64,000 nt of DNA from Callorhinchus milii (Eukaryota), in NCBI RefSeq assembly GCF_018977255.1, contig NW_024704742.1:88662001-88726000 (forward strand). Direction: 5' to 3'. The position numbers and the translations under genes were made by a program. Under the pieces are notes generated by a model. The model was not told the origin of the DNA and did no database searches. It saw only the letters and a list, made by a program, of their open reading frames with translations. Shown one piece after another: positions 22,443 through 35,004 of this stretch. How positions within the stretch are numbered: the first letter of the stretch is position 1; each line of letters begins with the position of its first letter.

Positions 22443-24605
22443 CAACAACAACAACAACAACCTGCATTTGTAGAGCGCTCCTCTCGCAGGGTAGGTTCCC
22501 TGGACAGTGGTGGGGCACGAATCCGAGCCGGGGCAGTGGGGGAGGTGACTAGGCATGGTTGAATAGGAAGGTCTTCAAATGCGACCTGAAAATGGGGAAG
22601 GAAGAGGCACGGCAGAGGGATAGAGAAAGTGTTTCAGGGTGCAGTGGCTGAAAGTGCGGCCACCAATGGTAGAACGGAGGGCACAGGAGTCAGGCAGAAG
22701 GCGAGTCGAGCGGAGGCAGCGGATTGTACGTTGGAGGGTAAGCAGGTCAGAAGGGTAGGGAGGTGCCAGGGCATGAAGGGATTTGAAAAAGAGTGGGAGG
22801 ATCTTGAAATTGACCCGTTCATTGACTGGGAGCCAGTGGAACTTGGCTAGAACTGGTGAGGGGTATGGAGTTTAGTATGGGTGAGTATGCAGGCAGAGTT
22901 TTGGATCAGTTGGATCCTGTGCATGATGGAGCTGGGGAGACCGCCAAAGGGGGGCATTTTAGAAGTCCATTCGGGAGGTGACGAACACATGAACGAGTGG
23001 GGTAAGGTACAGTTGGAGGTGGGCAATGTGGCAGAGGTGGAGCAAGGCGGTCCTGGCTAGAGACTGGTTGTGGGGAAGGAAGGACAGCTGTGGGTCGAAC
23101 GCTTAGGTAACGGACTGGTTCGGTAAGTCTCACAGATAGACTGGGGAGGTTGAGGAGATCAGAGCTGCAGGATATAAGACGTTGACAGGAGCCAAGGTGT
23201 ATGGCTTCCGTCTTGTCAACTTTGAGTTTAGGAAGTTTTCACTCATTCAGGCCCTGATGTCCGCTAGATGAGAACATCAGCAGACCTGGACTTCCAGCTG
23301 GAGGAGAAGTGTGTGTCATCTGCATACCTGTGGAAGTTTACCCTATGTCTGCGGATGATATTGCCTGGAGGGAACGTACAGATGAGGAAGAGGAGGGGGC
23401 CAAGGATGGAACCCTGGGCTACACCACAGGTGACCAGGCGGGGGTGAGAGGAGAAACCATTTGAGGAGATAAAGTGAAGGCAGTTTGTTAGGTAGGATTC
23501 GAACCAGGAAAGTGCAGTCCCACTGAGGTGGATGAGGGAAGAGAGGCAGTGGAGGAGGATGGCATGGTTGACTGTGTCGAAGGTGGTGGAGAGAACCAGA
23601 AAGACGACGAGGCAGAAGAGCCCTGGTCACAGAGAGTACAATACATTGTTTGTGACTTTGACAAGTGCTGTCTCTGTGCTGTGGGCAGTGCGAAAAGCAG
23701 ACTGCAGGGGAGTGGAGGGAGAGGTGAGAGCAAAGCTGGTTAGCGACAACACGTTCCAGAGTTTTGGCAAGGTTGGTAATTTGAGGGTGGAGAGTCAAGA
23801 GTGGGTTTTTTGAGAAGGGGAATGATGACAACGGTTTTAAGCAAGAGAGGAACAGAACATGAGGAGAGCGACTGGTTGACTGTTGGCCATTAGCAGGGAG
23901 AGAAGGGGGAGTTTGGGTGACCAGCAGTTGGGTGGGGAGGCAGTCTTGGCAACAGGTGCTGGGCTTCATCAGGGAGATGGTGGTTGAGAGGGAGGTGGGA
24001 GTAATCAGGGCAAAGGAGTGCAGAGAGGGAGGAGTGGTCGGGGCCATGGTGGAAGGAGGGGGTGGTGTAGATGCTCTGGGAGGTGCTGAAGGGGAGGAGG
24101 ATTCAGCCAGGCAGATGTTTTCGATCTTTGACACAAAGAGATCAAGGACCTCTTTGCACTTGGCATCAGAGGTGAATGGAGGCAGCTTGAGGATCTGCGC
24201 GGAGGAGGGGATGGACAGTGGAGAACTGTGCTTTTGGGTTGTTTTTGGCCTCCAAAATGGTTTTGGAGTAAAAGGCAGTTTTCGCCTGCGAGAGGGAGAG
24301 GCGGTAGTTGCGGAAACCATCGAGCCACAGCTGGCAGTGGATTGTGAGGCTGGATTTGTGCCATCTGGGCTCAAGCGTCCGGATTTTAGTTTTGAGGGAG
24401 TGGAGGTGACTGTTAGACCAGGGGGAGTGGGTAGATTTAGAGACAGACCTGGATTTCAGGAGGGCAAGGGAGTGGAGGGTTTCAGAGAGGCGATCGTTTA
24501 GCAGCTTGATGACAGCATCAAGATCGCTGCGGGTGGAAGGCCAGAGGGAGAAGAGATCCAAGGAAGCGAAGGCGTTTGTGAGGGACTTGGGTGGAAGCTT
24601 TTTGA
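22443..24605 (-). mobile_element. L2-clade LINE, ~2.1 kb, frameshifted
   Basis: Minus-strand ORF2 remnants SPWSNSHLHSLKTKIRTLEPRWHKS, LDLFVSKIENI and NLAKTLERVVANQLCSHL. (aac)n tail at 22443-22461. Confidence 0.9.
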
Positions 24606-25465
24606 AAAAGATCAAGAGCTTAGCAGTGCATTGCCATTTTTTAAAAAAAAAGCCTTACATAAGATACTTGAGCAGAAGAAAAGCTGCTTCAATATTCATT
24701 GAAGAAGAAAGAAACTGACGGATAAGACAGTTGTTTGCATCAATGAGATTGGTAGAATATGACTGCTAAATGCTATCTATCTTTGCAATGTACCCTCACA
24801 CTTTTTTATTGATCTCTCTTAACTTTGATATATCAGGACTCGCTTCATTCAAAGACCCGAGTATTTGGACATCTGTACTTAATCAGATGCAGCCCAATAA
24901 ACCCAAGCATTTACTATGAAACATTGACGCATATTTTGATTAAAAGAGATATACACTTCAGAGCAGGAATAATTGCAATATATTGCTTGTATATATGATT
25001 GCACTGAAATTACTACCTAATTGGTGAGTATTTTTAAGTAATTAACATATTGCGCATACTCATTTTGAGTTAATATGATGGTGTGCAATTTCATAAAATT
25101 AAAATTAATATTTTTCTGTATTTACTGACCATATTATACCCAATACAAATAGGCATTGAAACCAAGACAAAGAGACTTAGGAGTGTTACCACTGATTAAA
25201 ATAATTACAATTTTGGTCCACTTTAATTAAAATCAGTACAAATTCACATTTATACAATGCTTTTCACATTGGAGGATGTACCAAGACACTTGACAGTCCT
25301 GGCTTGGCACCCAGGCTGGGAGCTGAAGGGGTGGGGAGGAGAAAGATCAACAAACATTTAGGCATAATCTTCGGATTGATGGCTATCAAGCTAGAGAGGT
25401 TTAAGCTAAAATTTGTAAGTTTCTGTTAGTGGTATTCAGTTGAAAGATGTTTTAAAATATACACA

Positions 25466-25770
25466 ATACAAAATTACATTTGTATAGAGCCTTTCATATT
25501 GGGAGGACTTCTCAAAGCGCTGGGCAGTCAGGGATTTGGACTCGAGCAGGGGGGGGATGGGATCAGGGAGGGTAGAGGTAGGAGGGTGGCCGAAGGCGAG
25601 GTCGAAGAGGAGGGTTTTGAGATATGGCTTGAAGGAGGCAAGGGAGAGAGCGAGGTGAAGGGAATGTGGGACGGAGTTCCTAAGGGTGGGGGCCAAGAGG
25701 CTGAATGCCCGCCCGCCAATGGTGGGGTCGGACCAGGCGGGGCACGTGGAGCAGGTAGAGCTTGCTGAGC
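25466..25770 (-). mobile_element. L2 3'-end fragment
   Basis: PTIGGRAFSLLAPTLRNSVPHSLHLALSLASFKPYLKTLLF plus the L2 tail. Confidence 0.85.
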
Positions 25771-25795
25771 AGAAACCTGATTTATATTTCCTGCT

Positions 25796-26075
25796 AAACA
25801 AAATACAAATTACTGCAGATGCTGGAAATTTGAAACAAAAACAGAAGTCGCTAATAACACTCAGCAGGTCAGGCAGCATCTATGGGGAAAGGAAAGTGAG
25901 TCAACGTTTCAGGTCCAGACCCTTCGTCAGAACTGGGGCATGTTGGGAGGGAGAGACTAACAGAGAGGGGAGGCAGGGCAAGAAAGACAAAGGAGAAAAT
26001 GGGGTAGGAGTCAGAACAGCGTCAAAAGAGGTCTAAAAGTCAGAACAGTATCAGAGACAAGAGAGAGAGGCCAAA
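25796..26075 (-). mobile_element. Penelope-like terminal repeat, single arm with purine-rich extension
   Basis: Same repeat as at 4225, 6467 and 38706. It continues past the ribozyme motif into a GA-rich tract; the right boundary is uncertain. Confidence 0.65.
25899..25934 (-). ncRNA. Minimal type I hammerhead ribozyme motif (best-preserved copy)
   Basis: Minus strand reads AGUU / CUGACGA / A / GGGU-cugg-ACCU / GAAA / CG / UU / GACU. Core intact, palindromic helix III ACGU, GUU cleavage triplet, 4-bp stem I with one U-G pair. Confidence 0.7.
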
Positions 26076-26161
26076 CAGATTTGTCGGTAAAACCTTTTTT
26101 TTAACATTTAATATTTTACTTACTACGTTTAAAGTGTGAGGATGGACGGAGTATATAAATT

Positions 26162-26435
26162 CATAATAATAATTCTTACATTTGATTTAACGCTTTATCA
26201 TGTTGTTGAGGTGTCTCAAAGCGCTTCACAGAATATACCGTAAAGTGAAATGACTATTTTGTGGGTGAAACAGGGCAGCTAATTGTGCACAGCACAGATT
26301 TTTTTTTTTTGGAGGGATTATTACCCCCGGAAAGCAATCCGCCAATCAACTAACAACCAGGTTCCTGCTTACTGCTAGGTAAACAGGCATATGGAGTAAG
26401 GAAACTTGCCTGAGGTTTTGCCCCATCCGGGAATT
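26162..26435 (-). mobile_element. tRNA-Ala-derived SINE, long subfamily, head lost
   Basis: Reverse-complement tail and body, e.g. ggttcctgcttactgctaggtaaacag and ggagtaaggaaacttgcc. Confidence 0.75.
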
Positions 26436-27761
26436 CCTTTAGCAGTTGGAAATAAAATCTGATTATTAATTGGAAAAGGAACTGCTATAATTGCTGATGT
26501 ATTTCCAACCTTATTTTGCAGAGACTGAGGAGTGAGTTCCCAGAGTGTTATTGTCGGCCCAGGTTACGTGCACTTGATCGTTTTAGCCTACGTAATAATA
26601 ATAATAAGTAATCAGTGCACAGTGTATAGTATCAGAATAGGGTCAGATGGAGCGAAACCCAGTACAACTGAGATTTGTAACAATCAAGAAAGGGATGACA
26701 GGTCATTCAGTATTAGATGTAACAGTCCATTGTAAATTGGTGACACTCATCTGAAAAATGCCCAACAGACTCAAATTAAAAACAACTGTGCCCTTTACAA
26801 TAACAGCAATAAAAAGTTTATATTTTCCAAACAATCAAAGGAAATGAAAATATACTTTAGAAACTTTGCTACCGAAGCTCATATTATTTTACTCTGAGTG
26901 CTAAGGTTAATCCCTGTGAGGCAGTAAATGTAGAACTTTTGTTTTTATGAAATCCTGAAACCTTTGAAAAAATGCCGGTTAATCTTGCAGGACCAGAGCC
27001 TGAGCACATCTCCCAAATTGCTGCTTGTGGTTTAGAGGAATTCTAATTAGTCTTGTTTGAGATTCATAGGATTAGAGAGACAGTCACATGCTTCTACCAG
27101 AGATTACAGCACTGATACTGATAGATAGTGGAAGTCCCTTTAGGATTTTAGAAATCCAATGTTCACAGAAACCAAACTCGATAGGGACACAACCACAAGT
27201 GTCATTTAAGGATCACCTACATGCTGGAGTTTAAGTTGTGGCATTTCTTGAAGGGATTCATTGATAAGAAATCTTAATCGTGCAAATGGGGACTTTTTCT
27301 TTTAGCTGGAAGTATATTAAGCCGACCGCATGGAGAATCCACTCTGACAGATTGGAAGAAACTCCCGTAGGTTGACACAGATTCTAATTGGAATATCCAA
27401 GTTAGACTCAACTGTTGTATTTTTATACAACCTCAACACCTGCTGAGAAAAATGTGGAAATAAGTGAATATGTATTATCCATGCCTTTAATCAAGGATGT
27501 TTTAGGGAAAGGAGATTACATGAATGATATTGGTTTAAATTCCATCTCTTTATACAAGCATTCCTTAACTCTCAAGACCCATTTTAAATGACTTCCAAAC
27601 TAACATTGAATTTGAGAAGTTCTCACAATTCTGTACCATCTCAGACAAAATGATCTTGCGGGTCACACAAGGTGAAATTCCAGTCTTTAAGTGTTGGAAT
27701 GCTGGAGGTTATGGGAGAGGGCACAATCTATGACATTTCCTGAAAATGTTTCTGGTGAATA

Positions 27762-27945
27762 TAATAATAAATCTTGCATTTGATATAGTGCCTTATCACG
27801 TCGTTGAGACGTCTCAAAGCGTTTCACAGAACATACTGTAAAGTGAATTGACTTTATATTTTGTGGGCGAAACGCAGCAGCCAATTGTGTACAGCATGTC
27901 CCACAAACAGTCGTGGATTGATTGACTATATTATTATTATTATTT
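27762..27945 (-). mobile_element. SINE 3' half
   Basis: cttgcatttgatatag...gagacgtctcaaagcg...cccacaaacagtcgtggattg. Confidence 0.75.
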
Positions 27946-29018
27946 ATTTATGAAAAGTCGTGCTTGAAATCAACAAAGATTACCCCGTAAACAATAGAGC
28001 TAATGCCAGCCTTCTAGGTTTTCCCATAGATAGCGAAGCCTCTGACATTTGCATGAGCAGGTTCTATCGGACTGTGGCACCTCGCTGAGATGTCAGGATG
28101 TGGTTCCACCAGTCTGACAGTGTAGGTTTAACAGTGAGGTCATTGTCCCAGTAACGATTGAACAGTTAACAACAATTTTTACATTTGACATTGTGCTTTA
28201 TCGTGTCCTTGACCCATCTCGAAAGTGTTTCACAGGATGTTTGCCACGGACTGCACTGACAGCAGCAGCAGCCAACTTGCGCAAGGCAGTATTCCACAAA
28301 CAGCCATGAAGTGAATGACAATGACTGGCCAAAGCAAGCCAGGATCTGCATGTTTCCCATGGAATGTAGCGAAACTCAGACTGAGGCGTTTTTGAGCTGC
28401 CCTGAGGGACATCAGAGCAATATTAAGAGCCTTGGAACGTACATATCAGAAATAACACATGAGCTGAGAAGAACACAGGGTAATTTCATATTCAAAGTCC
28501 CTTTGTACACAAAATACAAGTATTTTACCTGTTTTAAGTATGAATTTCCCTCAACGCCCGCTGAGCAGCAGTTATGCGTGATTGAGAGCAGCAAAGATCT
28601 TTTTATTTTTGTTTTAACATTTAAGAAAAACAGGAGAGATTTCAGCCAGCCCCAATAGCCTGTGCCAGAATGTAAGCTTCGCTATCATCTTATGAACCTG
28701 AAGACATTCATAATGCACGTCCTGTGAAGAAATTAAACAACTAGAGAGCATTCGGATCAGAGAAGAAACACCCTTAATTCCTCAACAAAAAGCAAGAAAA
28801 TGCTTACAACCATAACTTGCATTTATATAACGCTCTTCGTGTGGGGTAGCGTCTGGAGCGCTTAATACCAAAGCGAGTTTCTCCTGGTAGCCTGACCAAA
28901 AATCCCCCCAAATAAAATTAGTCATTGATTTCATGGCTGATTGTGGAACATTGCTGTGTGCGAATTGGGTGCCACATTCAACCACAAAATACACAGTCAA
29001 TCCAGTGACTCCTTTACT

Positions 29019-29411
29019 CTACAAGAAACCCCCAATTACCGGGTATCTAGAAATTGTACCTAACTGGACTGGGGCCAGAAAAAAGCTTTTAAAAATTTCC
29101 ACAGATCCATGCGCATTTAGACTCCCATCGACCACTTTCCTTGTGTGTGCCCCAACCTCATCGTACTTGCTGCCTGCAGTGGGCAGGGATATCGACTTTG
29201 AAGCCTGCGAGGAGAAGGTAACTTATTTGCTATAATCTGCTCACCGGATTCAAACAATTACAATGCCAGTATTTACTGGTATATTTAATCACTGAAAAAG
29301 ATGCTGCTCAAAGCAGCCGGTACCGGCATTGTAGTTACATTTAGCTAGAAATTCCAGCTCGCTGGACTGGATCTTCCCCTCCCATTGGTCCGGCTAGCCG
29401 GGGTTTTAGTA
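29019..29411. mobile_element. Possible decayed Tigger/pogo-type MITE
   Basis: Left end tacaagaaacccccaattaccgg versus right-end reverse complement tactaaaaccccggctagccgg. Subterminal direct repeats ctagaaatt...ctggactgg at ~29047 and ~29345. Confidence 0.35.
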
Positions 29412-29476
29412 CAGTACAGTAAACCAATATAGTTTTGGGGATTAGCAGTGTTCTTTCAGCTGACAAGTTTAAATAT

Positions 29477-29808
29477 GTGGTTAGAGCACTCGCCTGGCAA
29501 GAGAGACGACCCGGGTTCGATTCCCGGGCTGGGCAAAACCTTAGGCAAATTTCCTTACTCCACACGCCTCTGCTTATCGAGCAGTAAGTAGGAACCCGGT
29601 TGTTAGTCGATTGGCAGATTGCTTTTTGGAGATAATAATCCCTCAAAAAAAATTGGTCACTTAATCCACAACAGTTTGTGAGAGACTGTTGTGCGCAACT
29701 GACTGCCATGTTTTGCCCACAAAATATATAGTCAATCTACTTTACAATATATTCTGTGAAGCGCTTTGAGGCATCTCAACAATGCAATAAGGCACTATAT
29801 CAAATGTT
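29477..29808 (+). mobile_element. tRNA-Ala-derived SINE, long subfamily
   Basis: gtggttagagcactcgcc...ggttcgattcccgg, then the CORE-like segment, Deu 3' body and tail. Confidence 0.85.
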
Positions 29809-31950
29809 AAAGTCCTCATTCCTCTCCTTTTCCGTGCTGCATATTTGAACAAAAATAAATCTTTTGAGTGCTCTGTGATTTAGTGACTTGCAATCAGGTC
29901 TGATTGCTTTCAGGACAAACCTCTTTGTAAATTCCACCCTTCCAGTATTATAGATGCTGATCGGCTGCTATTGTAACATTTAATCTGATTATATCCATCT
30001 GATTGTGGAGTGTGTGTTTTGACTTTTTTGTTTGGTGAAGTGATTAGAACTTTCATTTAAAAAATAAATCAAACCAATTTGCACACACGCTGACACGCAA
30101 TAAATAACAAAGTGTGACAGAGTGGCTAGACAAATATGTTACCTCTGGCAATCATTTATCTCCAACCTTTCATTATCATCAGTTAAAGAGAGTGAACGCT
30201 TTTTGTCAGCAGGCTTACGCGAGCAATATTTAATTCTATCAAAAACACACGCGACTCCTTTCAAGTACGCAAGACGAAAATTTCCATGCATTTAATCTAA
30301 GAAATAACAATAGAATGAGCAATTCATTCACTAATCCTGAAGGTATTTCGGACAAGACATCGCTAATATTGGTTACATGGGTATGTATCTCTGGGTACTA
30401 ACACCTGGCAAGACTTAACAAAGGAAGGGCTTGGGGATACAGGGCCCATGCACAACTGTTAAAGCAAAGCTCTTCCCTAACTACTAAAAACTGAGGAAGG
30501 AAATTGGCTGAACAATATACGGATCAAGTTTAGGTGCATTAATTGCCTGTTTCTATGCTCTATGATCATATGATTGTCATGATTGTCATTACCAGAATGT
30601 CATGTACCAGAATCAAAGGAAACTTGATGAAGATCACTGATACAGGACAATTGTTCAGATGGATGAAAATGAACCAAATCTATTGATTCAGAAGAAAAGA
30701 GCTATGATAACTGTGAATAGATATTGCTTCTAACTATTCTAGAGAGAATAAACTGATACAAAGCTACTAATCCAGAAAGCACTTGAGATATTTTCTCTGT
30801 CGAAGCTGGTAGTTGTTACAAGCATGCAAAGAGATACTAGTGAATAATTATCAGTGGTCTTGAATAACAGATAAGTCAGACAAGGCTTATTGAAGAGGGA
30901 CGGTGTCAGAATGGTTGTTAATGTCATTAATGCATTGCGATAATTTGTCCAGAGCTGTGGATTATGATGCACTGATTTAATGACTTAATCACAAGGAAAT
31001 TACTTACCTTGTTGCTCATTTCCTTTCTTCTCGTTGTTTTTTCCTGACCTACTTGGGTAGTAATTTAACATTTTAAAGGATAATTGACTTATTATTGCAC
31101 ATTCGTCTCAATTAGTTCCACCTAGAGTTTGACCTGTGCGTAACAAAGACCTCTGTGGCTGACTTCAGCCCTCCCTGCATGTCGTCTGCAATCTGAATCA
31201 TCCACTTATTGCTGAGGCTGCTCTTCAGGGGCTCGCTGTACAAGAGTAGTCCTTGTTTCAGCTCTTGAAGGAAAATGTCACACTGGAGTACTATACTTTC
31301 TTTAAAATATTCATTACAAAAGCTACATATTTATGAACCTCAAATAATGCTTTTTTTGGCATTGGTACTATATTATTATTTGATCTGATTTATTACTACA
31401 TACCTACCTGTTCACCCTGCTCACACCGCATTCCTCTAACTGCCCTCTTAACTGGCTGGCTTAGGTGCATCCCTCATCCCCTCCGCTCTATCAGCAGCAG
31501 CCGTACTTTCAGCTATTAAGCCACGAAAATCTGGAATTCCCTGGCTCAGTCCCTCTGCCTTATTTCCTCTTTACCCATTTTCAGATCTCACTTGAAGACT
31601 TTCCTCTTAACACGTGTTTATGTTCATACTTCCTCTTTCTCCCCATCAAACTATGCCTTTGTTAAGTGCTCTGAGACATCAGCCCCCATGAAGCGTGCTA
31701 TATAAATGTAGGTTGCTGACGTTGTTGCTGTTGTTCGATATTCTAAATCCTTTGATAAGAAACAGTGAATGTTGGAATAATGTAGAATTGCTTTCTTTAA
31801 CGCAACCAAGTGATTATGTCTCCAATGGGAGTCTGTACACTTTTTCTTGATCTGCAGAGATACATGTGTCAGACACACTATGCTTAAAAGTATCCAAACC
31901 AAACTAAGAGTTCCACGCATCCCACCTACACATGGGAATTCCTATATATA

Positions 31951-32157
31951 CAGGGTTACCAAAAAGTCCTGATGCCATTTTTTAAAATAATAATTACTTT
32001 ATTTCTTCAAAGACATTGTTCAGTGCCTAAAACAGCAAAAGTACAGACTTTGCTGTTACATTCTTATTAAATAAAATAAAATATTGTTTTAAAAAATTAT
32101 AATTTCTTTAAGATGTATTAGACATTGTAATGGTAGCATGACTTTTTGGTCACCCTG
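31951..32157. mobile_element. Tc1/mariner-type MITE (207 bp)
   Basis: 29-bp TIRs CAGGGTTACCAAAAAGTCCTGATGCCATT and (reverse complement) CAGGGTGACCAAAAAGTCATGCTACCATT, 4 mismatches. TA on both flanks (31949-31950, 32158-32159). AT-rich non-coding interior. Confidence 0.85.
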
Positions 32158-33231
32158 TAGTATGGGATGTGCACTCTCTCCTGTACACTGAGTGTCAGCA
32201 GGCCCCAGCTCTTAAGTATATATTTTCAAGCATTCACAGTAGCTTGTGTAGTGTAATAAAGATTAATTTATTGAGCTTTTTTATGGCTCATTTAATTTCA
32301 CGCAAAAACTTTGAAGTATGAAAAATTCCAGCTTTACAGCATTTCTGTTGTTATCAGTTGTTTTTTAAATAGAGTACCAATTTCAGATACTGTATCAGCT
32401 TTTCCACTCTTGGTGATGCAGACAATGGGTGGAAATTGCCACGTATGATGTGTAAATCATAATGATGGTGCTAATTCTTACAATGTTGGGAAAAATCAGT
32501 TGATTGTTAAATTATGAAATAGTCTGTAAATGTGCCGTGTGCAGAAGCCAGAGGGTTTCGACGCCTGACTCACAGATCACAACATTGGATGCCGATTGGT
32601 GGGGCACTGGCTTTTATTCGGTCAATTACTTTATAACTTTGTGGGACATTGCTGTGCACAAATTGACTGCCGCGTTCACCTTCAAAAATGCACAGTCACT
32701 ATACCACAGAAAACTGTGTGAAGCACTTTGAGATGTTATGACTTCAGAAGGTGGGTTATCAACTACAAGGATTGTTTTTATTGTTGGATTTACCCGAATT
32801 GCATTAACGGGCAGACCAGTGCCATGGTCAGTGAGTCAGAGGTCAAAGGTTGGCCAGCTGTTGGGTGTAAGTAATGTTGATGGTTTCAGGGTTGTGCTGT
32901 TTATTCCAATTCCTTGCTCTCCGTATTGCCCAGCTCCTCCTTACACAAGCTACAGACCATCCAAAATTCTGCAGCACATGCACTCTCCTGCACCAGACTC
33001 TGAGCCTATTAGCCCCATCTTTGCTCAGATCCACTGTCTCCCCATCTCCCAGCAGATCGAATTTAGGATCCTTGCCCTCACGTCCAAATCCCTCCATGGC
33101 TCGGCCCATACTACATCTGGGACCTCCTGCACTCTAACCGATATCGCCCTCATTCATGTCCCTTCCCAGATTTGCCAACCAGTAAAGGGTAGTCAATTAC
33201 AATTAACCAGTTGGAGATCTCTGCTCTGAAG

Positions 33232-33822
33232 ACAACAATAACAACAACCAAATTACATTTGTATAGCGCCTTTCACATCGGGAGGATGTCCCAAGGCGCT
33301 GGACAGACAGAGTTTCGGACTCGAGCTGGGGGTCGGGGTCGGAGAGGGTGGAGGGCAGGGGGGGAAGCAGGATGATCAAAAGCATGGTTGAAGAGGAGAG
33401 TCTTGAAGGAGGTAAGGGAGGGGGTGAGGCAGAGGGACTGTGGGATGGAACTCCAGAAGGTTGGAGAGGAGTGGCAGAAGGCCTGCCGCCAATCGTGGGG
33501 AGAGCGAGGCGGGGGACATGAAGCAGGCTGGAGCCCACTGAGCAGAGGGAGCGAGCAGGATGGTAGGGGGTTAGGAGGTCGCAGAGGTAGGGGAGAGCAA
33601 GACCATGGAGGGCTTTGAAGGTGAGAACCAGAATCTTGAACTGTATCCTCTGTGTGATGGGAAGCCAGTGGAGTCGGGCGAAGATGGGGGTGATAGGGTC
33701 ACAGAGCCTGGTGTGGGAGACAACATGGGCTGCAGAGTTCTGGATGATCTGCAGCCTATGGAGGGAGGAGTTGGGTAGGCCGACAAGCAAGGAGTTTGCA
33801 TAATCAAGCCTCGATGTAATGA
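33232..33822 (-). mobile_element. L2 3' fragment
   Basis: ITSRLDYANSLLVGLPNSSLHRLQIIQNSAAHVV...LHWLPITQRIQFKILVLTFKALHG plus an (aac)n tail. Confidence 0.92.
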
Positions 33823-34613
33823 ACAATAATAATAATAATCCTTGCATTTGATATGGCGCTTTTCACGTCATTGGCAAGATGCACTTAAGTTCACCAAGAA
33901 AGGGGTCTCTGATGTATATGAAAGGTGGATAATCTTTGGATAGTCACATTGCTACATCGTTTGATATCATTTGTGTTTCAATAGAACTTTAGCTCACGTA
34001 GCCTTTCAAGTTAAGTGAGGCTTGTACTAAATAATCTACAGTCTTAAAAGCTTTATAATTACATAGAGCTATGCAAAGTTACATAGAGTGATGTGGCATG
34101 GAGACAGGCCATTATATCACCTTTAATGGGAAGCTGATGCATCTATACCATCTGGAGTGAATATTAGATATTCTGGCTAGTTTCCATGCACCATTAGAAT
34201 AATCTTATTTTGAAGAATCGAAGATCACTTGTAAATCTGTTTGCTTTGTAGGTTTACAGTAAACCTATTTACCAATCTTCAGATGTGTTAAACATTAGTC
34301 TGTGGAAGTTCTTTGAACAATGCCAGCCTAATGTATGTATTAATAAAATAAATCATAAATCTCCTTAACAACACAATATAAACATCAATCATCAATACAA
34401 CGTATAATCTGAATTTATATTTTTCTTAGGCTGAGTGTTATGAGAAGAATGTTTAAGGATTGCAGTGCAGGATCAGATAACATATTGTACTCGGCAGACA
34501 GTGGGACAGAGCAAACATATTGTAAACTATATCTAAACTGAAATTGTAACTCTCTCCAATGCTAATCGCCCCTTATTATACACTTCAATGTTACCTTGGT
34601 GTTTGCAGTTGTT

Positions 34614-34950
34614 TGTCAGCTTGGCTTACCTCTGGGTCAGAGGCTGTGGATTTAACCCAAAATCAGTATTGGAGCTCAGAAACCAGGCTTTTTGTAGTAC
34701 TGGAGGGAGCGCTGATTGTCACAGGTGCCGTTTTTCTGATATGGTTGTTCAGCTGGATCATGTCTTACCTTTCTATTCAGGTGGATTGTTAAAGATCTCA
34801 TGACACTATTTGAAGAGAGTTCAAAGAGAATTTAAAGAGAGTTTCTCAGTGTCTGGGCCACCAATCTCCCATATTAATTGGTTATTCACCTCATGTTTGG
34901 TTGTGCTACCTTGCATCTAAAAGCAAAAGTTTGCGTCTAAAAACACTCAG
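34614..34950 (+). mobile_element. DeuSINE, highly decayed
   Basis: gtcagcttggct...agtactggagggagcgctg...ggtgccgt...ttcaggtggattgttaaagatctcatgacactatttgaagag. Confidence 0.6.
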
Positions 34951-35004
34951 TTGAAGTAATGGAGCTGAGTTGGCACCAAGGTGACGTAACAGTATGTCAG
35001 AACT

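Noticed and set aside
23343..24374. 343-aa Pro/Ser-rich ORF as a host gene
   Set aside because: It is a mosaic of frames from a frameshifted L2 ORF2. C-rich L2 sequence is poor in stop codons.
30600..30960. Possible ancient LINE RT remnant (DIFSVEAG...MQRDT resembling a QGD motif)
   Set aside because: The similarity is too short and degenerate to support without a translated search.
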